A program made the position numbers and the translations under genes. A model generated the notes under the pieces. The model searched no databases and had not been told where the DNA came from. It saw only the letters and a list, made by a program, of their open reading frames with translations. Positions 41,083 to 49,254 of a DNA stretch of 64,000 nt are shown one piece after another (position 1 is the first letter of the stretch; each line of letters begins with the position of its first letter). This stretch comes from an uncultured Nitrososphaerota archaeon. GTDB lineage: Archaea; Thermoproteota; Nitrososphaeria; Nitrososphaerales; Gagatemarchaeaceae. The stretch covers positions 128,001-192,000 of the forward strand of contig CAVRAG010000004.1 of assembly GCA_963718895.1 (NCBI GenBank), in the 5' to 3' direction.

Positions 41083-42036
41083 TTGAAGACATCACGCCTG
41101 CCGAAGAAGGTAGCCTGCGTCGGGACGGGCATCATTGGTTCGAGCTGGGCACTGCTCTTCGCCATGAAGGGGCTGAAAGTCGTCGTCTATGACGCCGACG
41201 AACGGTCGCTCGAGAGGCTGGTCTCCAACAACAGGGATATGCTCTCTTCCATCGTCCGGAACGGCGTGCTCTCGGAGGATTCGGCCGTCAAGGCGCTTGC
41301 GAGGATATCTTCGACGGGAGACATGGGAGGCATCGCGACGGCGGACTACGTGCAGGAGTCGGTCACGGAGAATCTTGAAGTGAAGGCAAAGGCGCTCCGC
41401 GACATAGAGATTGAGGTCTCCGAGACAGCCATAATCGCCAGCAGCACCTCAGGATTGTCGATAGGCGCGCTTCAGAAGCGACTTCAGCACCCGGAGAGGT
41501 CGCTGATCGTCCATCCCTTCAATCCTCCCCATCTCATACCGCTCGTGGAGTTGGTTCCGAGCGAGAGAACAAGCGAAGAGACCGTCTCGGTCGCTCGAAG
41601 ATTCATGAAGAGCTTGGGCAAGGAGCCGATACTCGTAACGAAGCAGTTGCCGGGGTTGGCGGCGAACAGAATCCAGGCCGCGATATTCAGAGAGGTCCTG
41701 AACCTCCTGAAGGACGATGTCGTAGGTATCGAGGACCTGGAGAAGGTCTTCACGGCTGGGCTTGGCTTGCGACTTGCAGTCATGGGACAGTTCACTACCT
41801 TCTCGCTCGCTGCCGGCGAAGGTGGATTGGGGACATACTTCGAGCGCTACGGCCCCCACTCCAGTTCAATTCTCAGCTCTATGGAGACTTGGACCAAACC
41901 ACCCTCTTCGGCCAAGGCTAAGGCGGTAGCGGGGGAGAGTGACCTCAGGGTGCTCAGCAAGGGCTATGACGAGGCGCTAAGATGGCGCGATGACAGGCTC
42001 ATCAAGCTCATCAGGGACATGGGGTACCTGAACTAG
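41083..42036 (+). CDS. 3-hydroxyacyl-CoA dehydrogenase family (gulonate/carnitine dehydrogenase-like)
   Basis: GTGIIGSSWA, VQES..E....K, ASSTSG, HPFNPPHLIPLVE, NRIQAA..RE. Confidence 0.9.
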   Translation: MKTSRLPKKVACVGTGIIGSSWALLFAMKGLKVVVYDADERSLERLVSNNRDMLSSIVRNGVLSEDSAVKALARISSTGDMGGIATADYVQESVTENLEVKAKALRDIEIEVSETAIIASSTSGLSIGALQKRLQHPERSLIVHPFNPPHLIPLVELVPSERTSEETVSVARRFMKSLGKEPILVTKQLPGLAANRIQAAIFREVLNLLKDDVVGIEDLEKVFTAGLGLRLAVMGQFTTFSLAAGEGGLGTYFERYGPHSSSILSSMETWTKPPSSAKAKAVAGESDLRVLSKGYDEALRWRDDRLIKLIRDMGYLN

Positions 42037-42099
42037 GACCCGGACCTGGGTCTCGATCCTAGGCAGGAGTTGACTGCGCCTTCCCGGTCTGCCCAGGGC

Positions 42100-42864
42100 T
42101 CAGCTCTGCACGCAATCAATCAGCGAGGCGAGCTCTTTCACGCTCATTACGGTTGCATCCGCATCTTCCTCTCGCTTTTTCAGGACCTCGCCGCTGCGCA
42201 TGCCCTTCCCCGAGATGAAGCCTTTCATGAATACCACCAGACCGAATCCCGCTCTCTTCGCCCCCCTGAGCTCGTCGTGGCTGCCGTCGCCTACGTAGAT
42301 TGAGGAAGAGGCTTCTGCTCCAAGTCTGGAGAGAACGAGAGAATAGGCTTCCTTCGAGGGCTTGCTGTATCCGATCTCAAAGGACAGGCAGGCGACGTCG
42401 AACAGAGCGGACAGTGGAGACCTCGTCCAGTTGACCGCCTCTCTCTCGTCGATGTTGGACAGCAAGCCTAGCTTCACACCCTTCTTGCGCAAGGCCTTGA
42501 GAGCGGAGACGACCTCCTTCCGAGGCTTCAACAGCGCCAGGTCGTGCATCCGGCCCCAGATCAGGCTGACCTGGGCGAGCTCTTCCTTGGTGCATCGGCG
42601 ACCGGCGTGCTCCAGCAGGTAGTCGTCGGCGTATTGCACCACCTTCTTCGTGCCGTTGACGTGTCTCTTGACCTCGATCTCGCTCCAATAGCGCGCAAAC
42701 TCGTCGGCTTCCGACAGCCCGAGGACCTCTGCAATCTTGTGCGCTCGCGTGAACCCCTCGGGCCTGTAGACATCGGGATTGACCAGGGTGTGGAAGAGGT
42801 CAAAGACTACGCTCTGGACCTGGAAACGCTTGGTGATGGGAACTGCCATCATTGAGGTGCACAC
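42100..42864 (-). CDS. HAD-superfamily hydrolase
   Basis: FDLFHTL, LLSN, KP, YVGDG..DE..GA..AG. Confidence 0.85.
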   Translation of the reverse strand: MCTSMMAVPITKRFQVQSVVFDLFHTLVNPDVYRPEGFTRAHKIAEVLGLSEADEFARYWSEIEVKRHVNGTKKVVQYADDYLLEHAGRRCTKEELAQVSLIWGRMHDLALLKPRKEVVSALKALRKKGVKLGLLSNIDEREAVNWTRSPLSALFDVACLSFEIGYSKPSKEAYSLVLSRLGAEASSSIYVGDGSHDELRGAKRAGFGLVVFMKGFISGKGMRSGEVLKKREEDADATVMSVKELASLIDCVQS

Positions 42865-42915
42865 TGAGCGGAGATTAGAGCGTTTCTCCGAAAGTGTGTT
42901 CGGCTGCAGGTTTCG

Positions 42916-43065
42916 CTATTTGTTCTTGTGGAAAGGGTCGATCTTCCTTTCGCGACCCTTGTAGTGCTCGTTACGCGGACAGTGAGGGCCACACTTCTGA
43001 CTCACAGGATGGTTATGGCCCTTGCTCTCCTCCTTCTTGTGAGGTTCCTTGTATGAATTGCTCAA
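42916..43065 (-). CDS. Putative 49-aa His/Cys-rich microprotein
   Basis: TTG at 43065: MSNSYKEPHKKEESKGHNHPVSQKCGPHCPRNEHYKGRERKIDPFHKNK. Confidence 0.4.
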   Translation of the reverse strand: MSNSYKEPHKKEESKGHNHPVSQKCGPHCPRNEHYKGRERKIDPFHKNK

Positions 43066-43300
43066 TCGACTTTTGCTCCGTCCGCGAATCCCTGTTGATG
43101 GCGAGTGTTGTGCACTCTCGACTTCATGGACATCAGGTCCCGAGGGTCTCTTATAAACCGAAGAGGGTGGCCACACGACCAGTTCTGGAGAACGTGCAAG
43201 CGGAAGAATCCTGCACCAGTCATGTTTAAGCATCGGTCATCTGAAATGGGCACTGTGAAGACGCGGCCAGACCGATCGAGGGGCAGCTAGCGAAGCAGCC

Positions 43301-43774
43301 GTGATCCGCCACGAGAGACTAGTCGCCGTGATATCCTCAGGAGATATCCGGCTCGGGGGAGCGAACGGATGCGCACTAGTAGTCACGGACGGCAGGATAG
43401 TCGGTAGCAGCCGGTCCGAGTCTCTGGGCACCCCCGAACCCTACCTATGGGTAGAAGGGGAATCGCCCGAGATAAGCCGCGCGGCGGCGCAGAAGGAGGC
43501 CGCCGAAGTTATTGAACGGAAGCTGTTCGAACTCTCGAAGGAGAGCATCTTCAAGATCCTCTACGAGGCACCCGGGCTGTTCTTTGGTGGGCGGCTGATA
43601 TTCGAGTCGGTTGGTGAGGAGGTCCAACTGGACATCAGTGTAGTTTCGGTCTGGAACCCAGGCAGCTTGTTGACCGTCGAGAAGATAATCGAAGCACTCC
43701 TCATCTTCGCCCCCGATCGACTTTACGACGAGAAGACTGGAGCCCTCGTCCGTGATGAAAATCCCCGCAGATAG
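43301..43774 (+). CDS. Hypothetical protein
   Basis: Protein-like 157-aa ORF with no recognised motif. Confidence 0.55.
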   Translation: MIRHERLVAVISSGDIRLGGANGCALVVTDGRIVGSSRSESLGTPEPYLWVEGESPEISRAAAQKEAAEVIERKLFELSKESIFKILYEAPGLFFGGRLIFESVGEEVQLDISVVSVWNPGSLLTVEKIIEALLIFAPDRLYDEKTGALVRDENPRR

Positions 43775-43888
43775 GTGCGTTCCACTCACAGTATCCGAAT
43801 CGCCTTGAGGCGACGCACCCACCACTCGGCCGACGACCACCTAAGATTGTAAGCATACCTTATTCTTGAACCGCTTCAACCTAACACT

Positions 43889-44167
43889 ATGAGACCCATT
43901 GGATGGATTGCGTTGATTGTCGTGTTAGTCGCCTTGTTCGCGTTCCTTGCGCCCGTATTTCCGACCGAGACATCGAGCGACTATTTCGGTATTGTACAGG
44001 CGCGGGTCACCGCTGACGTCTCTCTGACATTCCTCGCGTCCCACTGTGGATCTTACATCAACGCGCAGTACTCGGCAACGTACCTTGGCATGCAGACCAC
44101 ACATCCGCTCTCCAAGGGCTACAACTTCTCGTGTGACGTCCAGGTGACGTCTTCATCGTCCCAATGA
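43889..44167 (+). CDS. Small secreted or membrane-anchored protein
   Basis: N-terminal hydrophobic helix, two Cys, TTATT box upstream. Confidence 0.55.
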   Translation: MRPIGWIALIVVLVALFAFLAPVFPTETSSDYFGIVQARVTADVSLTFLASHCGSYINAQYSATYLGMQTTHPLSKGYNFSCDVQVTSSSSQ

Positions 44168-44254
44168 CGACGATCTTCACGCGCCGAGGAGGCGCTGTAT
44201 TGAGGAGACCGACATGCACCGGATCCTTTCGTAGAGACGCTCCTCATCAATGGA

Positions 44255-45325
44255 TCAGGAGTTGTATTCGGCCCACAGGTTCAATGTGGTGGCGCTGCTG
44301 GGCTCCGCCACCGAGTAGAAGTTGCTCTGGATCCCGTCGCCCCACTGGGCGAAGACGAACGGCCCGTAGTTCGAGACGGCGACCTGATATGTCTCTCCCC
44401 CGTTGACATTGAAGGTGCACGGCGAGAAGCAGCTTTGCAACTTTGAACCGTCATGCCAGAGAGTGGTGTACAGCCCCCAGACCTCGTTGCCGTTTCGATC
44501 TATCGTGGTCACCGAGATTGTCCCCGCCGTACCTTGGCTGCTGGAATCGGAATCAGCCGCGGCCAGTGTCGCAGCAAGCCCATCGAGGTAGCTGGACTCC
44601 GGTGAGTACGGATTCGGCCATACCCCGTTTGTGAGATAGATGTATCCCAGATCCTTTGAGGCTGCCTGCGCGTAAGCCACATCTAGAGACTGCACGTCAT
44701 AAGCCACCACGGCAAAGTTGCTCTTTCCCGCTCCTGCATAGGCCGCGAGGGAAGTGAGGCTCGGCGCGCCAGGACTTTCGTATATGACCATCGTGTCGAC
44801 AGTTCCAATGTAGCTGGAGGGCACGCGGGCGCCAGGATTGCCCACAATCAAGGCCATCCCAATCGACTTTGCGTACGAGTTCAGGGTGGAGTAGTACCAT
44901 TCGTAGCCGGGGATGTTTGACATCTGGTCTAGATAGATCCCGTTCACGCCGTACAGGCCCTTGTAGGCGGCTATATCCGCCTCGGCGGAGGCGACGCTCC
45001 TCACGCCATAGTCAGTCCATACATAACCGATGACGGTAATTCCGGCCGACTGAAGGCTGTCTATCCCGGAGACGAAATTCGGATCCTGATACCAACCCGG
45101 ACCGTCGCTGGGGTTGATTACGGCGACCACGGGTACGTTCGGGTTCACCTGCTTCGCCCAAACTAGGTTGCTCCAGTCCGAACCCGGGTAGCTGTACAGC
45201 GGGACGATCAGCCCCGTCGCGGTCTGCGTGGATGCAGACGCTGTGTGTATGGCGCCAGGGACGAAGGACACGACGAATAGCAATCCGATAAGCGCCAGGA
45301 GTTTGGGTCCGTGGGAGCGGCGCAA
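44255..45325 (-). CDS. Spherulation-specific family 4 (GH135-like) secreted protein with C-terminal beta domain
   Basis: Signal peptide, VPLYSYP, VINP..GPG, IGYV.T.YG, GIYLDQ, GNPG, YE, NPY. Confidence 0.82.
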   Translation of the reverse strand: MRRSHGPKLLALIGLLFVVSFVPGAIHTASASTQTATGLIVPLYSYPGSDWSNLVWAKQVNPNVPVVAVINPSDGPGWYQDPNFVSGIDSLQSAGITVIGYVWTDYGVRSVASAEADIAAYKGLYGVNGIYLDQMSNIPGYEWYYSTLNSYAKSIGMALIVGNPGARVPSSYIGTVDTMVIYESPGAPSLTSLAAYAGAGKSNFAVVAYDVQSLDVAYAQAASKDLGYIYLTNGVWPNPYSPESSYLDGLAATLAAADSDSSSQGTAGTISVTTIDRNGNEVWGLYTTLWHDGSKLQSCFSPCTFNVNGGETYQVAVSNYGPFVFAQWGDGIQSNFYSVAEPSSATTLNLWAEYNS

Positions 45326-45552
45326 GCGGATTGAGGCGTCGAACTTTTCATATTAAATGAGTTATGAAGAAAGCCGACAGAAAATTACTATGGGGTCCCT
45401 CTTCACCTCAGCAATGGGTCTTCGGCTGGAGCGAAGCCTGTCGCAATCATAGGAAAGCCGCATCACAGGCCTGGGAAGTGCCGTTTTGGTCCTTGAGATG
45501 CTCCACAAGCTATTGAGTCGTACTTTCTTCAGATAGCATAGTACGGGCGCGA

Positions 45553-45560
45553 TTATAAAG
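45553..45560 (+). promoter_or_regulatory. TATA box of the Ku-ligase-PolX operon
   Basis: TTATAAAG 30 nt upstream of ATG at 45591. Confidence 0.55.
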
Positions 45561-45590
45561 CACCTATCTTCCAACTTCATCTGTCGGCCG

Positions 45591-46436
45591 ATGGCAAAGA
45601 ACATCTTCTCCGAAGTGGAGAAGCAGGCAGACAGTGCTGCGACCGCCAGGGCATCCTGGCGAGGGATACTTAGTCTGAACATCCCGACCCTAGGGCTCGG
45701 GGCGGTCGAGTACCACCTCCGAGCCGCCAAGGCCCACGGCAACCTTCAGCCTGTGAGCTACGTGAAGATAGACAAGAAGACAGGGAAGGAGGTCGTCAGC
45801 CGGGAGGTGCCTGTGATCTACAGGTACAAGGAGGGCCCGAGCGGGGAACGTCTCGACGTGCAGGAGGTCTCGAGAGACGAGGCGAAGAAGCACGTGAGGT
45901 ACGACGGCAAGTATCAGATCTCGGTCAGGAACGAGAAGAGGTTCTTTCTGAAGAACGAACTCGAGATCTCCGGCAAGTGGGTCGAGGTCCCTCTAAACCA
46001 GGTGGTGGACAAGCAGGGCGGGGAGGAGATCGAGCCCTTCGACAGGACGACTAAGATCGAGGTCGAACCGGACGGCTTCGTGCCCCTCGAGAGGCTCTCG
46101 GAGTACAAGTTCAAGGAGGTCTACCAGCTCGGGCCGGACACCGACAAGAAGGTCAAGGAGACCGCCTCGAGGATGAAGCAGCTCGCCAGGTACCTCCTCC
46201 AGAAGGACACTGCGCTCGTGTCGTTCTTCTCATGGGGGAGGGGCTACCAGTTCTACACGAGCGTGATCTACCCCTACGAGAGGAAGGACGGCAGGCTCTG
46301 GCTGCTGATGGGGCTGAGCGAGGGAATCCTGGTGCTCGACGACGCTTGGGCGCTAGAAGAGGAGGCGGACTCCGAGAGGCTCCCTGCCGTTCCGGTGGCC
46401 AGGAAGAAGAAGCCCAAGGTCACGATCGCCAAGTAG
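45591..46436 (+). CDS. Divergent Ku-like DNA end-binding protein
   Basis: Ku core blocks in the right order: RASWRGILSL..GLGAVEYHLRAA; VSYVKIDKKTGKEV; TKIEV...FVPLERLSEYKFKEVYQLGPD; LARYLLQKDTALVSFF; basic C-terminal tail. Confidence 0.72.
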   Translation: MAKNIFSEVEKQADSAATARASWRGILSLNIPTLGLGAVEYHLRAAKAHGNLQPVSYVKIDKKTGKEVVSREVPVIYRYKEGPSGERLDVQEVSRDEAKKHVRYDGKYQISVRNEKRFFLKNELEISGKWVEVPLNQVVDKQGGEEIEPFDRTTKIEVEPDGFVPLERLSEYKFKEVYQLGPDTDKKVKETASRMKQLARYLLQKDTALVSFFSWGRGYQFYTSVIYPYERKDGRLWLLMGLSEGILVLDDAWALEEEADSERLPAVPVARKKKPKVTIAK

Positions 46437-46464
46437 TCGGGAAGAACCCTCTGGGACGATTGTC

Positions 46465-47292
46465 ATGAGCGACCTGCTCCCGAACTATGTCCTCGAGAAC
46501 TACGCCAAGGCCGTCAAGCACGACCTCGGGACGTGGCTCCTGAAGAACCCCCTCCCATCGATTTGCGAAGAGAAGCTCGACGGGATCAGGGTCTTCCTCT
46601 TCAAGAGCGGAGAGAAACTGGTCCTCTCCAGCAAGCACGGCGCAGTCTACACCCCGAAGGGCAACCCCAAGGTCTTCGCGAGGGTCCCCGAGTTCACCCA
46701 CGCTCCCTACCAGATGATCCTCGACGGGGAGTACCTCTCGCACGAGGGGCTCTTCCTTTTCGACGTCCTCCAGGTCGACGACCGCGACGTCCGACCGATG
46801 CTCCTCACGGAGAGGAAGAAGATCCTGAGGGAGATCCTGGGCGGCACCGACCTCGAGGTCGCCTATCGACTGGTGAAGACGTCGGAGGAGATAACCGAGC
46901 ACATGAAGGAGACCCTGGACAAAGGTGGCGAGGGTCTGATCGTAAAGAACCCTTCGTCGGCGTACGGACAGCCGAACTCGTGGCTCAAACTGAAGAGGTA
47001 CGACACGGTGGACTGCTTCATCATCGACTACGAAGAGACGCAGGAGATGAGGAGGACTGGCATCCCCAGGTCATGGCGCATCGGCGTCTATGATGAGCGG
47101 GGAGAGCGCGTCGAGCTGGGGAAGGTCGGGGCTTTCGTGGAGAGTGTGGACCCACGGCAGGTGAAGATGGGGTCCGTGGTCGAGATAAGATTCCAGGAGG
47201 TCACCGACGACCAGAAGCTCAGGGCGCCCTTCATCCTCAGGGTCCGGCACGACAAGACCCCTGACGAGTGTCTTCTGTCGCAGATAAAGTAG
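46465..47292 (+). CDS. Minimal ATP-dependent DNA ligase (adenylation + OB domains only)
   Basis: Motif I EEKLDGIR, III ILDGE, IIIa FDVL, IV EGLIVK, V WLKLK, VI LRAPFILRVRHDK. Confidence 0.93.
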   Translation: MSDLLPNYVLENYAKAVKHDLGTWLLKNPLPSICEEKLDGIRVFLFKSGEKLVLSSKHGAVYTPKGNPKVFARVPEFTHAPYQMILDGEYLSHEGLFLFDVLQVDDRDVRPMLLTERKKILREILGGTDLEVAYRLVKTSEEITEHMKETLDKGGEGLIVKNPSSAYGQPNSWLKLKRYDTVDCFIIDYEETQEMRRTGIPRSWRIGVYDERGERVELGKVGAFVESVDPRQVKMGSVVEIRFQEVTDDQKLRAPFILRVRHDKTPDECLLSQIK

Positions 47293-47297
47293 GCTGG

Positions 47298-47840
47298 GTG
47301 CTCTTCGTGAAGAAAGACCTGGACCCGAAGTTCGCCCGGGGGGTCGCGGAGGACTTTCTGAGGAAGACCGGGGACCTCTACGAGCGGGCCGAGCTCGCGG
47401 GCAGTCTCAGAAGGCACGCGCTCACAGTTCACGACATAGACTTCGCGGTCCTTCCCAAGGGCCGCGAGTTTGAGGCCTGGCGGGAGGAGGTGAAGCGGCG
47501 CGTCGAGGACATCGGCGGGAGTGTGATCTCGTTCGGTCAGGTGATATCCAACTTCCTATACAGCGAGGTCCAGGTCAACCTCTTCATCTGCCCGATAAAG
47601 GACTCATGGGGCGTGACGCTGATGTGGGCCACCGGTCCCAAGGGCCACACCATAGGGATGACGATCAAGGCCCGGGACAAGGGTCTCCTGATCAACTCGC
47701 AGGGCATCTGGACGAGGGATGAGCCCCGGCGGCTCATTCCCGCGAGGACCGAGAGGGAGGTCGGACGCGTGCTGGACTGGAAGTACAAAGACCCCGAGGA
47801 GAGGGGGAAGGCCGTCAAGAAGGGCCCTCTCTTCTACTAG
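47298..47840 (+). CDS. Minimal X-family DNA polymerase (palm + thumb, ASFV PolX-sized)
   Basis: AGSLRR...VHDIDF, LMWATGPKGH, ARDKGLLINSQGIW, TEREV...L.W.Y..PEER; start GTG at 47298 or 47307. Confidence 0.85.
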   Translation: MLFVKKDLDPKFARGVAEDFLRKTGDLYERAELAGSLRRHALTVHDIDFAVLPKGREFEAWREEVKRRVEDIGGSVISFGQVISNFLYSEVQVNLFICPIKDSWGVTLMWATGPKGHTIGMTIKARDKGLLINSQGIWTRDEPRRLIPARTEREVGRVLDWKYKDPEERGKAVKKGPLFY

Positions 47841-47841
47841 C

Positions 47842-48303
47842 TCAGTCTAGGCTTAGGTAGAGGAAGACGGTGTAGGCGAACACCGTGAATATGTCCGCTT
47901 CTGGAGTTGAGTAGCCGGGACCGATGGGCACCTGACCCACAAGGTCCTCGAGGACCGGGTTCGAGAGCAGGGTCTGCACGAGAAGCGCGACCAGCACGAA
48001 GACCAGCCCCAGGGCGAAGTTCGCGCTTGTCTCGAGGTACATCCTGCCATAAATCACGACCAACGCGACCAGGAGCGCCACCTCCACGGTCGTGAAGAGG
48101 ACGTGGTACGGGAAGATCGGGTTGGTCGGGAACGGATAGAAGTGGGTGCCGAAGGGACCGTCCCTCCCCCGAGTCTCGGTCATCTCCGTGCCGAACGAGA
48201 TTGCTTCGCCTGCCACGAACCCTATGGCCAGTACGACGGGCACCCACAGTTTCTGGAGATAGCGCCCTCCCTTCTTTGTCGGCTCTTCTGCTGCAGTTGT
48301 CAA
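47842..48303 (-). CDS. Four-TM membrane protein partnered with an ArsR-type regulator
   Basis: Hydrophobic helices, Y...Y.ETSANFALGLV.V. Confidence 0.7.
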   Translation of the reverse strand: MTTAAEEPTKKGGRYLQKLWVPVVLAIGFVAGEAISFGTEMTETRGRDGPFGTHFYPFPTNPIFPYHVLFTTVEVALLVALVVIYGRMYLETSANFALGLVFVLVALLVQTLLSNPVLEDLVGQVPIGPGYSTPEADIFTVFAYTVFLYLSLD

Positions 48304-48306
48304 TCT

Positions 48307-48615
48307 TTACACTCCAACCCCGCCCTTCCTGTGGCGATTCTTCTGCAGAATCTCCAGGAGCTTGTCCCAGTGGGCTTCCATGGAGTCAGATACGAAATAG
48401 ACCCGTCCGTACTTCTCACCCGCAGTGAGCACCAGCCTGTTCGACTCGAGCACCTTGAGGTGGTGCCTGACGGTCGTGTAATCTAGATTCAGCGCGATGG
48501 AGAGCTGTTGCGCGTTTCTTGGTTCCTCCTTGATGCTGAAGAGCACGAGCTTCCTCGTGCTGGCACCAGCGCTCCCGGCGAATAACCACCACAGGAGCCG
48601 TTCGAAGGAGTCCAA
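48307..48615 (-). CDS. ArsR-like winged-HTH regulator
   Basis: LLWWLFAGS.G..TR, PRNAQQLS..L.LDYTTVRHHLKVL, KYG.VYF. Confidence 0.87.
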   Translation of the reverse strand: MDSFERLLWWLFAGSAGASTRKLVLFSIKEEPRNAQQLSIALNLDYTTVRHHLKVLESNRLVLTAGEKYGRVYFVSDSMEAHWDKLLEILQKNRHRKGGVGV

Positions 48616-48795
48616 CGTCGCAGGTGGACAGGAGTCCTACCGATAATCCTGTCGGACGCGCGAAGAGAACCATAGGTCCGGGGACTTGTTCTGCCGAGAG
48701 TCGGACCATGTGGCGCCCCGCCGAGGACATGTCCTACCTCTCCGGAAAGGCGCTGTTCTCACCGGTGACCACCGGTCCTCTCCGGACCAGCCGCC

Positions 48796-49050
48796 TCAAA
48801 GGGTCCCGACTCCCGCGTCGTGGACATCCCTGAAGCCGACCGCGTCCTCTGGGACAGCCAGCAAGGAAATGCGGTCGGCGTCTCCCTGGACCGCAACACT
48901 CAGAGCGGCCATCGCAGCTCCTCCGGTCGCCGTGACCACCTCTTTCGGGCCGACCGGTCTGTCCGGGACCCTGCTTGGTTGCTCCGGATCGGCCTTGTTC
49001 GGCGAAGCGAAGTAAGCCCTGAAGAATTTGCTGGAGTGTTTCTTCGACAT
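48796..49050 (-). CDS. Small hypothetical protein
   Basis: ATG with CTAAATAG about 22 nt upstream on the minus strand. Confidence 0.35.
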   Translation of the reverse strand: MSKKHSSKFFRAYFASPNKADPEQPSRVPDRPVGPKEVVTATGGAAMAALSVAVQGDADRISLLAVPEDAVGFRDVHDAGVGTL

Positions 49051-49254
49051 GTCATCGAGCTGGGGTCGTAATCTATTTAGTGAATTTCCGAGATGACTCC
49101 ATAATCTCTGCTAAATCATCAATGAATCTCCTAGGTCTGGGGACGGTCAATCCTAGGCCAGAGATTCGGGACATCCGCGGGACGACGTCTGAGAGTGAAA
49201 CGTACACAGCTAAAGGTAGACACGTTCATAACGCATCGCTGCCCAACATGTGGC

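Noticed and set aside
45591-47840. Provirus or mobile-element origin of the Ku-ligase-PolX genes
   Set aside because: No integrase, capsid, terminal repeats or visible compositional shift; flanks are ordinary cellular genes (ancient transfer cannot be excluded)
48761-48797. ACCGGTG-AC-CACCGGT palindrome
   Set aside because: Isolated, with no matching copy or promoter context
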